From Candidatus Saccharimonadota bacterium (GTDB lineage Bacteria; Patescibacteriota; Patescibacteriia; 2-12-FULL-60-25), in NCBI GenBank assembly GCA_963718585.1, contig OY970357.1, positions 630,001 to 662,000 on the forward strand: a stretch of DNA of 32,000 bases. The letters are read 5' to 3'. A program made the translations under genes and the position numbers. Numbering within the stretch: the stretch's first letter is position 1; each line of letters opens with the position of its first letter. Of the stretch, positions 6,076-15,050 are shown one piece after another. The notes beneath the pieces were generated by a model. That model saw only the letters and a list, made by a program, of their open reading frames with translations, ran no database searches and had not been told where the DNA came from.

Positions 6076-7949
6076 CTCGGCCATGTTTCGTAGTAGACCC
6101 ACCCCTGTCCGACCGACAGACCGGTCGGGATCTGCAGGAACCGATCGACCGTCATGTTCTCGGTCGCGACATGGAGACCGCTTGCATCACCCACGAAGAC
6201 GATGTTCGCCCCGTTCACGCCGAGATCATAGACCGATCCTCCCCCCTTCAACACGGCGCGGCGGGCGATCCGCCCATCCATGGTCGAGGTCGAGACCTGC
6301 GAAGATGCATAGATATGCCCACTTGGACCGAGGATCAACGCATCAACGGGACCGTCTTTAGAGAGCACGAGGAACGATGGGACCGGACGCGCGATCGAGA
6401 GCGGGAGGACGCCGCGCGCCAAAAGGTCTTGCAATGGTGTGAACGCCTCTGTCGAGCTTGTCGTGACGATCCACGCGCGTCGACCGTCTGCCTCGCCGAG
6501 AAAGAGATCATCTGCCCCGGTGCCAGTCAGGTCTTGCGCCGCAAGGTAGACCCCGCCATGGATGTCCGTCCCCGCCTCCCCGGCCGCGATCAAAAGGCCA
6601 TCAGGTCGATAGATCCGCCACGCGCCGCGCGGATCGCCGATCATCGATATGGCGATATCCGGCTCCGCCTGCCCCTGCCATCGGATGAATGACGCTCGGA
6701 CCCCGCGCAGATCCCCGGCGTTCGAGACCATGAATCGCGAGACCTCATCGCCGGCTTCATCGATCACGCGGACTTCCGGCGACAAACCGGGCGCGGCGGC
6801 AAAAAGATGCAACGGCCCCAGGGCCCGAGCCGCCGGGTCGTCCGCGATCGCGGCCGTAACGTCGATCTCCCCGCTTCCAAGCTTTTTGTCAAAGTTCGGA
6901 TCATGGATCTTAGAAGGATCCGCCGTCGCAATGATCCGCGCCGCGAGTTCTGAAGCGCTCCAGTCCGGGTGTTCGCTTTTAAGGAGGACCGCAAGCCCAC
7001 TCACGAGCGGTGCCGCGACCGAAGTTCCATCCAAATGGTCGAGATACCCTGCCGTGGGTGCGCCGTTCGGATCCGTGATCGGACGCGCGGCAAAGATCTC
7101 CTCCCCGGGCGCGCTCACGTCCACGCAGGAACCATAATTCGCATACCGCGCTTTCTTTCCATCCTGCGTCAACGCACTGACGGTCAATGACCCACGGCCG
7201 GCCGCGCCCTTGTCACACGCGGGGTACCCCGGAAGTCCGTCCAAATTTTCCCCGCGCGGATCAGTGTCGCTGTTTCCCGCGGCAGATACGACGAGGACGC
7301 CTTGTGCCGTCGCTTCTCTGATCGCCTGATCGAGATCCGCATTGAAGTCATATCCGACGAGACTTAGGTTGATGATGTCTGCGCCATGCGCGACCGCGTA
7401 TCGGATCGCTTCGATGATCACCGGATCACTCCCGTACCCATCCGGACCGAGCGCGACGAGCGGCATGATCCGCGCCTGCCACGCCACGCCGCTGATCCCG
7501 ATATTGTCATTCCCCGCCGCGGCGATGAGAGATGCGACCACGGTCCCATGGACCCAGGCTTCGGGGATCCCCTGCGATGAGGCGATCGGTCGGACGTCCG
7601 GCGTGTCCGTGATGAAATTCCATCCATGGATATCATCGACATATCCATCTTCGTCATCATCGATCTTGTTTCCCGGGGTCTCATCCGGGTTGGTCCAGAT
7701 CCGATCCTTGAGATCCGGATGCGTGATATCCACCCCGCTATCGATCACCGCGACGATCACGTCTCGCGAACCCGTCGCCGTGTTCCACCCCTCTCGTGCA
7801 CCAATGCTGTCGAGATACCACTGCCGCGGAAGAAAGGTGTCATTGGTCTGGACCGGGGCCGCAACGGCCGCAAAAGGCGCGAACGTCAAACAGACCGCAA
7901 AAATGGCGGTCCCCAGGCGCCCAAGCCGGGTGCGGGGGTTCTGTCGCAT
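6072..7949 (-). CDS. Secreted subtilisin-like serine protease (peptidase S8) with a C-terminal extension of about 280 aa
   Basis: 625 aa. Signal peptide: MRQNPRTRLGRLGTAIFAVCLTFAPFAAVAAP. Catalytic triad motifs: VAVIDSGVD (Asp), HGTVVASLIAAAGN (His), GTSVAAPLVSGLAVLL (Ser). There is a Ca-site-like DDDEDGYVDDIHGWNF. The C-terminal region contains an FG-GAP-like segment, DLTGTGADDLFLGEADG. Confidence 0.9.
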   Translation of the reverse strand: MRQNPRTRLGRLGTAIFAVCLTFAPFAAVAAPVQTNDTFLPRQWYLDSIGAREGWNTATGSRDVIVAVIDSGVDITHPDLKDRIWTNPDETPGNKIDDDEDGYVDDIHGWNFITDTPDVRPIASSQGIPEAWVHGTVVASLIAAAGNDNIGISGVAWQARIMPLVALGPDGYGSDPVIIEAIRYAVAHGADIINLSLVGYDFNADLDQAIREATAQGVLVVSAAGNSDTDPRGENLDGLPGYPACDKGAAGRGSLTVSALTQDGKKARYANYGSCVDVSAPGEEIFAARPITDPNGAPTAGYLDHLDGTSVAAPLVSGLAVLLKSEHPDWSASELAARIIATADPSKIHDPNFDKKLGSGEIDVTAAIADDPAARALGPLHLFAAAPGLSPEVRVIDEAGDEVSRFMVSNAGDLRGVRASFIRWQGQAEPDIAISMIGDPRGAWRIYRPDGLLIAAGEAGTDIHGGVYLAAQDLTGTGADDLFLGEADGRRAWIVTTSSTEAFTPLQDLLARGVLPLSIARPVPSFLVLSKDGPVDALILGPSGHIYASSQVSTSTMDGRIARRAVLKGGGSVYDLGVNGANIVFVGDASGLHVATENMTVDRFLQIPTGLSVGQGWVYYETWPR

Positions 7950-7955
7950 GACCAG

Positions 7956-7985
7956 ATTCTACTCCAGACGGGCAGAGTTGGCGAA
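7956..7985 (-). promoter_or_regulatory. Candidate promoter for the S8 protease operon (TTCGCC-18-TAGAAT)
   Basis: On the minus strand the sequence reads ttcgcc(18 nt)TAGAATctggtcATG. The -10 hexamer ends 6 nt before the start codon at 7949 and there is no SD. Confidence 0.35.
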
Positions 7986-8006
7986 ATCTCTCAAATCTGC
8001 CAATCT
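7978..8006 (+). promoter_or_regulatory. Candidate promoter for the phosphoglycosyltransferase gene (TTGGCG-17-TGcCAATCT)
   Basis: TTGGCG is at 7978..7983 and the extended -10-like TGcCAATCT is at 7998..8006. The ATG at 8018 lies 11 nt downstream. It interleaves with the divergent protease promoter. Confidence 0.3.
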
Positions 8007-8017
8007 AGTGGCAACAC

Positions 8018-9394
8018 ATGGGTCTTGGCATCGGTCTGAAGCGCATGCTCCTCCTGATCGGCGATTATGCCGTTTTTCAGGTCGCCCTGCTCCTGACGCT
8101 TCTTTTTAGATACGGAGGGGTCACCCATACTGATTGGACGGCGCACGCCATCCCCTTTTCCATTCTCGGTGTCTTGTGGATCGCGACCTACTACATCAAT
8201 GGCCTGTACGATCTTGAGTTGACCCGCGACAACCTCCGCCTGTTCCGGACCTTTCTTGAAAGCATGCTCATCAATTTGGGCATTGCATTCACGTTCTTCT
8301 ACCTCATCCCCATCTTCGGGATCGCACCGCGAACGAATCTCATCCTTTTCTTCGCCCTGACACTCTTCATCGGATACGCATGGCGACTGCTCTTCAATCA
8401 AACACTCGCACCGTCACTCTTCCAGCATCGGCTCCTCTTCATCGGTACGCCGGACGAGGCCGCGCGCTTGAACGACCTCCTCATGACGAGCGCACTCGGA
8501 TTCACCCTGGTCGCGGTCGTCGAGACCGCCCAAGGGACCCATTTCGATTCTGGATCCATCGCGTGGGTCGCGGACATCAACCGTTTGGCGGACCTGATCA
8601 CGGAAAAACATATTCAGGTCGTGGTGCTCGGACACCGTCCTGACGATGTTCCCGGACTTCGCGAGGCATTGTACCGAACCCTCTTCACACCGGTCGCACT
8701 CATGGACCGCGCGGCACTCGAAGAGACGGTGACCGGACGCGTTCCGCTCGAATATGTCTCACAGACCTGGTTCCTCGAGCATCTTCGCGAAGGGGAGAAA
8801 GCCTGGTATGAAAGTGTGAAACGCATCGCAGATGTCGCCCTCGCGATCCCATTCGGGGTCCTCACCGTCGGACTCTACCCGTTCATCACCGCTCTCATCA
8901 AACTGTCGTCCCCAGGTCCGGTCCTCTACTCGCAGATCCGCGTCGGAAAGCTCGGGAAGCCGTTCCGGATCTGGAAGTTCCGCACCATGCGGACGGACGC
9001 GGAAAAGAACGGCCCGCAGTTCACCGCGGACGCGAAGACCGACCCGCGCCTGTTCACCGCAGGACGGATCCTCCGCCAGCTCCGCATCGATGAACTCCCG
9101 CAGATCTGGAACGTGCTCCGCGGCGACCTTTCCCTGATCGGTCCCCGACCGGAGCGTCCGGAATTCGTTGAACAACTGACCGCGCAGATGCCGTTCTACA
9201 CGTTGCGGAATCTCACCCGCCCCGGCCTGACCGGTTGGGCGCAGACGCACTTCCTGATGCCCACGGCATCACTCGACGACAATCTGAAAAAACTCCAATA
9301 CGATCTCTTCTATATCAAACACCGGTCGATCCTCTTGGATCTCGCGATCCTCCTCAAGACGGTCGGGATCGTGTTGAGACGACAGGGAACATAA
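8018..9394 (+). CDS. Initiating polyprenyl-phosphate hexose-1-phosphate transferase (WbaP / exopolysaccharide sugar transferase family)
   Basis: 458 aa. There are N-terminal transmembrane helices and a central linker domain. The C-terminal bacterial sugar transferase motifs are SSPGPVLYSQIRVGKLGKPFRIWKFRTMRTDAE and DELPQIWNVLRGDLSLIGPRPERPEF. Confidence 0.9.
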   Translation: MGLGIGLKRMLLLIGDYAVFQVALLLTLLFRYGGVTHTDWTAHAIPFSILGVLWIATYYINGLYDLELTRDNLRLFRTFLESMLINLGIAFTFFYLIPIFGIAPRTNLILFFALTLFIGYAWRLLFNQTLAPSLFQHRLLFIGTPDEAARLNDLLMTSALGFTLVAVVETAQGTHFDSGSIAWVADINRLADLITEKHIQVVVLGHRPDDVPGLREALYRTLFTPVALMDRAALEETVTGRVPLEYVSQTWFLEHLREGEKAWYESVKRIADVALAIPFGVLTVGLYPFITALIKLSSPGPVLYSQIRVGKLGKPFRIWKFRTMRTDAEKNGPQFTADAKTDPRLFTAGRILRQLRIDELPQIWNVLRGDLSLIGPRPERPEFVEQLTAQMPFYTLRNLTRPGLTGWAQTHFLMPTASLDDNLKKLQYDLFYIKHRSILLDLAILLKTVGIVLRRQGT

Positions 9395-9420
9395 AAACGG
9401 GCCGAAGCCCGTTTTTTTTT
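9393..9420. terminator. Bidirectional intrinsic terminator between convergent genes
   Basis: The sequence aaaaa-cgggc-cgaa-gcccg-ttttttttt has a 5-bp GC stem that A/T pairs can extend. It is flanked by an A-run and a 9-T run, so it can terminate transcription on both strands. It starts at the stop of 8018..9394 and overlaps the stop of 9419..10333. Confidence 0.8.
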
Positions 9421-10333
9421 ACGCTGCAGGTTCAAGACCTTCGTCGCGAAGCAACGTCCGCAGCCCTTCCTCAAAGGGGATCTTGGGCTCCCAATCCAGC
9501 TTTTCTGTGGTCAGCGTGATGTCGGCGAGTGAATCCCGCGCTTCGCCGAACCGGGCCGGGATCTCCGCGGTCGGACCGCCGATGACCTTGGCGATGTGAT
9601 TGATGGTGTATCGCTTGCCGGCCCCGACGTTCAACACCTCGCCCTTCCCCACTTTTTCAGAATGCATGGCCGCCATGTTCGCGCGGACGACATCCGCGAC
9701 ATGCGTGAAATCGCGCGTCTGTTCACCGTCCCCCGCGATGGTCAGGGGCTCGCCCGCCTTTCGTTGTCGTTTGAAGATGGAGATGACCGTCACGTACGCG
9801 CCCTCATCCGCCATCCGCGGACCATACACATTGAAATAACGCAGGCTGACCGTCTCCAATCCATAGAACCGTGAGAATTCCTCACACAGCAGCTCCCCGA
9901 GGAATTTCTGCAGGGCGTACGGATTCAGCGGATGCGGACACATGTCCGGCCTCAACGGGAGCTCCGGCTGGGAACCGTATGCGCTGGAAGACGCGGAATA
10001 GACGACGCGTTTGACCTTGGCGTCGCGTGCCGCCACGAGGACGTTGAGCGTCCCCATACCATTCGCCTGCATGGTCCCGACCGGGTCCTCGATCGAGAGC
10101 GGGATCCGGGGCAACGCGCCGACATGGAACACGCCGTCGATGCCGTCGAAATGCGGACGGATCTGCTCGAGGTCGGTGAAATCCGCCAAGACGAATTCCG
10201 CATCCGGATGCACGCGCTCACGCTTGCCGGTCGAAAGATCGTCGAGGACGCGGACCTGATGGCCATCCGCGATCAATGCATCCGTGAGATTCGATCCGAT
10301 GAAACCGGCGCCGCCGGTGACGAGATATTTCAT
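9419..10333 (-). CDS. NAD-dependent nucleotide-sugar epimerase/dehydratase (GalE/WbpP-like extended SDR)
   Basis: 304 aa. Motifs: MKYLVTGGAGFIGSNLTDALI, VRVLDDLSTG, YSASSSAYG, YALQKFLGE (YxxxK), LRYFNVYGPR. Confidence 0.85.
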   Translation of the reverse strand: MKYLVTGGAGFIGSNLTDALIADGHQVRVLDDLSTGKRERVHPDAEFVLADFTDLEQIRPHFDGIDGVFHVGALPRIPLSIEDPVGTMQANGMGTLNVLVAARDAKVKRVVYSASSSAYGSQPELPLRPDMCPHPLNPYALQKFLGELLCEEFSRFYGLETVSLRYFNVYGPRMADEGAYVTVISIFKRQRKAGEPLTIAGDGEQTRDFTHVADVVRANMAAMHSEKVGKGEVLNVGAGKRYTINHIAKVIGGPTAEIPARFGEARDSLADITLTTEKLDWEPKIPFEEGLRTLLRDEGLEPAA

Positions 10334-10350
10334 AAGCAGACAATTAGCAT

Positions 10351-11186
10351 CTAGCTTCTAGATTCTTTTTTCGGGCTCCCCACTTCCCATTTGATGTCGA
10401 TCCCTTGGGAATCGACCAGATCGTTATTATAGGTTTCCGCAGCGGTCAGGACCGAGAGGTCCACACCGTTCGCTTTGGCGAGTTGGATGATGGAGCGCGT
10501 GTCCTTCGGAAGGCACTTCCCGCCATACCCGCGATATCCCTGGTAGAAGACCTCCAGATGCATGGGCCCGATCCATTGCTCCGCACCCGCGCATTCCTTC
10601 ACATGATCATAGTCCACGCCGAGCTTCTGGCAGAGGTCGTACATCTGATTCGCGTACGCGACCTTGAGCGCGTAGAACGCGTTGCCGAAATACTTCACGA
10701 GCTCCGCTTCTTTCGCGGGGATGATCTTTTCGAACGGCGCGCGGGGCAACAGCCCCATGACGAGCTCTGCATCACGACGACTTTGCGGGGTGTAACCGAC
10801 GATCTGCCTGATTCGGATGCTGCATGTCGTGGTCCACCGTGGATTCGGTCAGAAACTCCGGATTGAAAAGCAGACGGTGTTTTGGATACATCTCCTGGAA
10901 CCGATCCGTCGTGCCTGGCAGGATGGTGGATTTCAACACGACCCTCTTCCCCTCTCCCGGGATCGCATCCAACGCCGCGCGCAAAAACGAATCATCGAAT
11001 CCGCGTGCCATCGAGATAATACGGCGTAGGCACGGCCACGAAGATCACGTCGGCATCGCGGAGCACGGTGACGTCATCCAACCCTTTCGGCGGGTCGTAG
11101 AGTCCTGCCTCGATGTCCTGGGTCTTGAAGTACCGGTCGAGGGCTCCCCCGACCATCCCGGTCCCCATGATGGCGATGCGTGGCAT
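10351..11186 (-). pseudogene. UDP-glucose/GDP-mannose dehydrogenase-family gene interrupted by two frameshifts
   Basis: Three consecutive minus-strand ORFs lie in three different frames: 10992..11186, 10772..11011 and 10351..10758. Together they spell one co-linear dehydrogenase. The first gives MPRIAIMGTGMVGGAL...VFVAVPTP (Rossmann fold). The second gives ...VVLKSTILPGTT...FNPEFLTES. The third gives ...AELVKYFGNAF...GYGGKCLPKD (catalytic Cys). The breaks are near 11006..11012 and 10807..10813. Confidence 0.7.
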
Positions 11187-11193
11187 AGATGGT

Positions 11194-13095
11194 TCAAAAT
11201 CCAGGATGGATGGATTTTAACGTCCGGACCGCCTTCAAAAATCCTTCGCCGCCGAACTTATGTCCTTGCCAGATCTCAGGAAGGAACCAGACATCCGTCT
11301 TGACCAGAATGTCCAAGAGCTTCTTGAAATCCACACTCCCGTCGCCGATCTGCAGGCCCTCGCCGCCGAAGCCGGCTGCATCCGAGATATGAATGTACCG
11401 AGTAACGGGCAGGATGGTCTCCGCATATTCGATCAAGTCCTTCTTGTAATAATTGCAGAAGAGACCGGCGTGAGATGTATCAAAGACCACGCCATGCCCC
11501 GATCGACGTGAGAAGTCGACGATCTCCGAGCTGTCCATGAAGGACGCGTGCCACCACTGCCCGCCGAAATACCAGGGGCACGCCGGCATGTTCTCGACGA
11601 GAATCTCAAAACCCTCTCCATTCAGTTCCTTCAGGGACTTCAGCAATTGATCGTTGAGCCTGTCGATCTCCTTCAGCAGAGGCCGCTCCATATTCATCCC
11701 ACCCGGATGGACTACAAATTTGATGCGGTCGTTCCCGTTTTTGAATATATTCTTCAAATGCCGTCCATGTTCGAGCGTTTTGTTGAAGAATGCAACCGTA
11801 TAAGCGCGCTTGCGCTCATCAAGACTCGAGAGGTTGAGCAGGACGTCTCCGTCATATTCCGGCGCATGGATGACTAAATCCCGATCATAGCTCGCCGGAT
11901 TCACGACGTCATTGTTCACGTCACTATCACTCAAGTGGATCTCGACATACGGAGACTGACAGGCAAGCAATCCATCAATATCACACATCCGCGCGACGAC
12001 GCCCCAGTGGTGCTTGATGTCCGGAGTGGCCTCCAGGACGGCGTCCGCGGTCTGGATGTCGGATTCCAACAGATAATCATCCGTGTCTAAGTCGCGTGTG
12101 AGGAGTTTTTTTCCGATGAAGAGATCGATCTTGAGCGGACTTGTCCCCTTCCCCGGACTTTTGACACCGATGTCGTCCGGCGTTAAAACGTGTCCTTTCT
12201 TGAGCGGATGCGCTGCGACGAGCGATTTGGCCAGATTCTCCCGATTCAGGAACTCCCCGCGAGACGGGAAACGTGCCGTGTCGCCTAATGCCTGTTCCAC
12301 AATCCGCACATTCTTGACCATCCCTGCGAATTCATCCGGCGTCAGACTCGCCTTATGGTCGGGTCCGGGCATCTCCCTGTCGAACGTCAGATGTTTCTCG
12401 ATGACGCGCGCGCCGAGTGCAACGGCCGCAACTGCCACGCCGATACTCTGATCATGACCGGAAAACCCGACCGGACGCTGCGTCTTCTCCCGGAGCTTCT
12501 TCAAAAAATTCAGGTTCAGATCATAAAACGGTGCCGGATAAGTACTGTTGCAGTGAAGCATTACAAACGATGCGCCGAGACGTTCGAGTTCATCGACGAC
12601 CTGCCAGATCTCCGTAACGTACGACATACCGGTCGAAACGATCAGCGGCAGACCCGTCGCCGCGGCCGCGCGGATCAAAGGCAGATTACTCATGTCCGGA
12701 GAGCCGATCTTGAGCGCTGGGACGCCTAGCGACGTGATGAAACCGAGACTTTCGATATCCCACGGTGTACACATGAAATCAATCCCCTGCTCCGTTGCAT
12801 AACGCTGTAGCTCCCGCATATCATCATCGGATAACTCACACTTGATGATGTGATCCATCAGATACTGAAGCGCGTGCTCCTGCTGGTCTGGCCGTTCAAG
12901 AACCTTTTCCTGATAGAGATGTTTCAACGACCGCTTTTGGAACTTCGCGCAATCCGCGCCGACCCGGACGGCTTCGTCGATGAGGCGCTTGGCAAGCGAA
13001 ACGTCGCCCTGATGGTTCAGACCGATCTCTGCGATTATGTAGACGGGCTGACCATCTCCGATGATCCGATTCCCGATATGGACTTCCTGTTTCAT
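11194..13095 (-). CDS. Three-domain fusion: NeuB-type PEP-condensing sugar-acid synthase + SAF domain + xylose-isomerase-like TIM barrel (AP_endonuc_2-like)
   Basis: 633 aa. N-terminal NeuB signature: PVYIIAEIGLNHQGDVSLAKRLIDEAVRVGADCAKFQK...VGFSGHD. The middle SAF-like segment is LVAAHPLKKGHVLTPDDIGVKSPGKG. The C-terminal ~270 aa carry TIM-barrel isomerase/epimerase motifs: VIHAP, FVVHPGG, ILVENM, FDTSHA, IHISD, PEIW. Confidence 0.8.
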   Translation of the reverse strand: MKQEVHIGNRIIGDGQPVYIIAEIGLNHQGDVSLAKRLIDEAVRVGADCAKFQKRSLKHLYQEKVLERPDQQEHALQYLMDHIIKCELSDDDMRELQRYATEQGIDFMCTPWDIESLGFITSLGVPALKIGSPDMSNLPLIRAAAATGLPLIVSTGMSYVTEIWQVVDELERLGASFVMLHCNSTYPAPFYDLNLNFLKKLREKTQRPVGFSGHDQSIGVAVAAVALGARVIEKHLTFDREMPGPDHKASLTPDEFAGMVKNVRIVEQALGDTARFPSRGEFLNRENLAKSLVAAHPLKKGHVLTPDDIGVKSPGKGTSPLKIDLFIGKKLLTRDLDTDDYLLESDIQTADAVLEATPDIKHHWGVVARMCDIDGLLACQSPYVEIHLSDSDVNNDVVNPASYDRDLVIHAPEYDGDVLLNLSSLDERKRAYTVAFFNKTLEHGRHLKNIFKNGNDRIKFVVHPGGMNMERPLLKEIDRLNDQLLKSLKELNGEGFEILVENMPACPWYFGGQWWHASFMDSSEIVDFSRRSGHGVVFDTSHAGLFCNYYKKDLIEYAETILPVTRYIHISDAAGFGGEGLQIGDGSVDFKKLLDILVKTDVWFLPEIWQGHKFGGEGFLKAVRTLKSIHPGF

Positions 13096-13115
13096 GAAAA
13101 AGATGGATGGTTAGC

Positions 13116-13943
13116 TTACCACAAGATGTACCCGCCATCGACCGTCAGATCGACGCCGGTCACGTAGGATGATGCCTCGGAGGCGAGATAGATCAATGCG
13201 CCAAGAAGATCTTCGGGTGACGCCATTCGGCCCATCGGTGTCCGATTCGCATACCGCTCGACGAACGCAGGATCGCTCCCTCCGTGCTGGACCCCTCCGG
13301 GCGAGATCGTGTTGACGCGGATCCCGTACGCGCCCCACTGGACGGCGAGGTCACGCGTCAGACGCACGAGCGCCGCTTTGGACGCTCCATACGATGCGTC
13401 TTTGACGAACGGCGGCAACCCTCTCTCTTCCCGGAACGCATACAGATGGGGATCCGGCGACACATGCGCATAGATCGAGGCGATGTTAATGATGGAGCCG
13501 GGAAGCCCGTCGCGCAAAAGCCGGACGGCGAACGCCTTCATACAGACCACGGCCGATGTGAGGTTCGCTCGGAAGACATCATCCCAGACCTCCAGCGGAT
13601 ACTTCTCGAACGGTAGGCCACCCTGTTGTGTCGCGTTCGGCGACGAACGCCATCCCGCGGCGTTCACAAGGATCGTCGGCGACCCCCAGGCCGCATGGAC
13701 GGCATCGAACGCGGCCGCAACGGCCTGTTCATCCGTCAATTCCGCATGATGCACCATGATAGTCCCGTTCGCGACGCCGGTCTGGACCTCCGCGGGGATG
13801 TCCGTCGCCCGATCGAAGATGGCGACGCGCGCGCCCGCATCCGCAAGCGCAAGAGCGAACGATGTTCCCAATCGTCCAAGACCGCCGGTCAGGACGGCGA
13901 TGCACCCATCCAAACGGAACGATGGTGTAGGAGATGAAGTCAT
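13116..13943 (-). CDS. Classical short-chain dehydrogenase/reductase
   Basis: 275 aa. Motifs: AVLTGGLGRLGTSFALALA (TGxxxGxG), LVNAAG, SYGASKAAL (YxxxK), ISPGGV. Confidence 0.85.
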   Translation of the reverse strand: MTSSPTPSFRLDGCIAVLTGGLGRLGTSFALALADAGARVAIFDRATDIPAEVQTGVANGTIMVHHAELTDEQAVAAAFDAVHAAWGSPTILVNAAGWRSSPNATQQGGLPFEKYPLEVWDDVFRANLTSAVVCMKAFAVRLLRDGLPGSIINIASIYAHVSPDPHLYAFREERGLPPFVKDASYGASKAALVRLTRDLAVQWGAYGIRVNTISPGGVQHGGSDPAFVERYANRTPMGRMASPEDLLGALIYLASEASSYVTGVDLTVDGGYILW

Positions 13944-13946
13944 AGG

Positions 13947-15044
13947 TCAGGACGCGAGGAGATGAGGAACGATCACGTCAGCCTCTTCAAGGAGGCCTAC
14001 GAGCTTATCGAAATTTTCCGGCGTCATGAGCCGGTCGTTCCCGTTGTCATATGCCTCTGTACAGATGTACTGGATCTTTCGGAGCAACTCGTCGACCAGA
14101 AGCACGGGCATCGCGGCGCGTTCATCAGACGTCAACGGCTCAACTGATTCATACGCAGACAAGAAGATCCGGATCCCTTCCGGGAGGGTCTCTTCCCACG
14201 GCTGGCCCGACGCCACGACGAATTGACGCACGAATCGATGACACGCGTTCGCGACGTCGCGGGCACGTGCTCCCGGACGGATCGTGTCGAAATCCAGGAT
14301 CGCTCGTAGCGTATCTCCGTCAAAGATCGTGTTCAACGGGTGGAGATCACAGTGGATAGGCTGGAGCGGAAGGACCGGAGCGGGTTGGGACTCCGCACGA
14401 CGCATCGCCGCATCGATGCGGTCCCACGCGGACAAGAAGCGCTCGTCGATCTCCCAGCCGCCGGAGACGGCGCGTGCGTGGATGGAACCCAGCGTCGTGC
14501 GTTCCCACGGTGGCAGGATCCCGGATCCACTCGCCGGGACCGCGAACGCCGGCAGCTCCCGCATCGCCACATGCATCTTTGCGATGCCCTTCCCGACCTC
14601 CACGAGTTGTCGCAGGGTTCCGTGATAATGGTCCCCAGGGATGTAATCGAATGCCTCGAAGAGCGCAACGCCTTTGCCGACGACGGAACCGTCCACCGTC
14701 CGGACGACCTGCGGGACGGCAACGCCTGCGCGATGAAGCCGGGACAGGATGTCCGCAAGCTGTTCGACGCGCGCCGGATCGGAAATAAGGATATGCTTAC
14801 GGATGATCAAGACGACCTCTTCGCCTCCAACGACACCGCGGACGCGGAAGTTGTTGCTCATCCGCTCCCATTCCTCGACTTGTTCCACGGAATGGACCTC
14901 TGTGAATCCGTAGAGGTCGTGCGCCGTTCGCGAGATCATCAAAAAGGTATCCGGGGAGACCGGCTTCCATGTGACGGTGGAGACGCTGTGATTATTCGGC
15001 TGAAACAGGCGATCTGCGACCGAAGTCTCGGCATGGGCTGGCAT
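13947..15044 (-). CDS. APH/choline-kinase-fold phosphotransferase (small-molecule or sugar kinase)
   Basis: 365 aa. The Brenner/APH motif is PIHCDLHPLNTIFDGDTLRAILDFDTI (HxDxxxxN ... DFD). The start is 3 nt upstream-adjacent to the SDR, which suggests an operon. Confidence 0.7.
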   Translation of the reverse strand: MPAHAETSVADRLFQPNNHSVSTVTWKPVSPDTFLMISRTAHDLYGFTEVHSVEQVEEWERMSNNFRVRGVVGGEEVVLIIRKHILISDPARVEQLADILSRLHRAGVAVPQVVRTVDGSVVGKGVALFEAFDYIPGDHYHGTLRQLVEVGKGIAKMHVAMRELPAFAVPASGSGILPPWERTTLGSIHARAVSGGWEIDERFLSAWDRIDAAMRRAESQPAPVLPLQPIHCDLHPLNTIFDGDTLRAILDFDTIRPGARARDVANACHRFVRQFVVASGQPWEETLPEGIRIFLSAYESVEPLTSDERAAMPVLLVDELLRKIQYICTEAYDNGNDRLMTPENFDKLVGLLEEADVIVPHLLAS

Positions 15045-15050
15045 GTGGCG

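Noticed and set aside
7342-8109. A 255-aa plus-strand ORF spanning the protease 5' region and the divergent gap
   Set aside because: It is antisense to the S8 protease catalytic domain and out of frame with the phosphoglycosyltransferase. It has no motifs.
10334-10350. TAATTG 7 nt upstream of the epimerase ATG as another leaderless promoter
   Set aside because: The hexamer lacks the conserved final T of a -10 element. The gene follows the upstream gene by only 17 nt on the same strand, so operon read-through is the simpler explanation.
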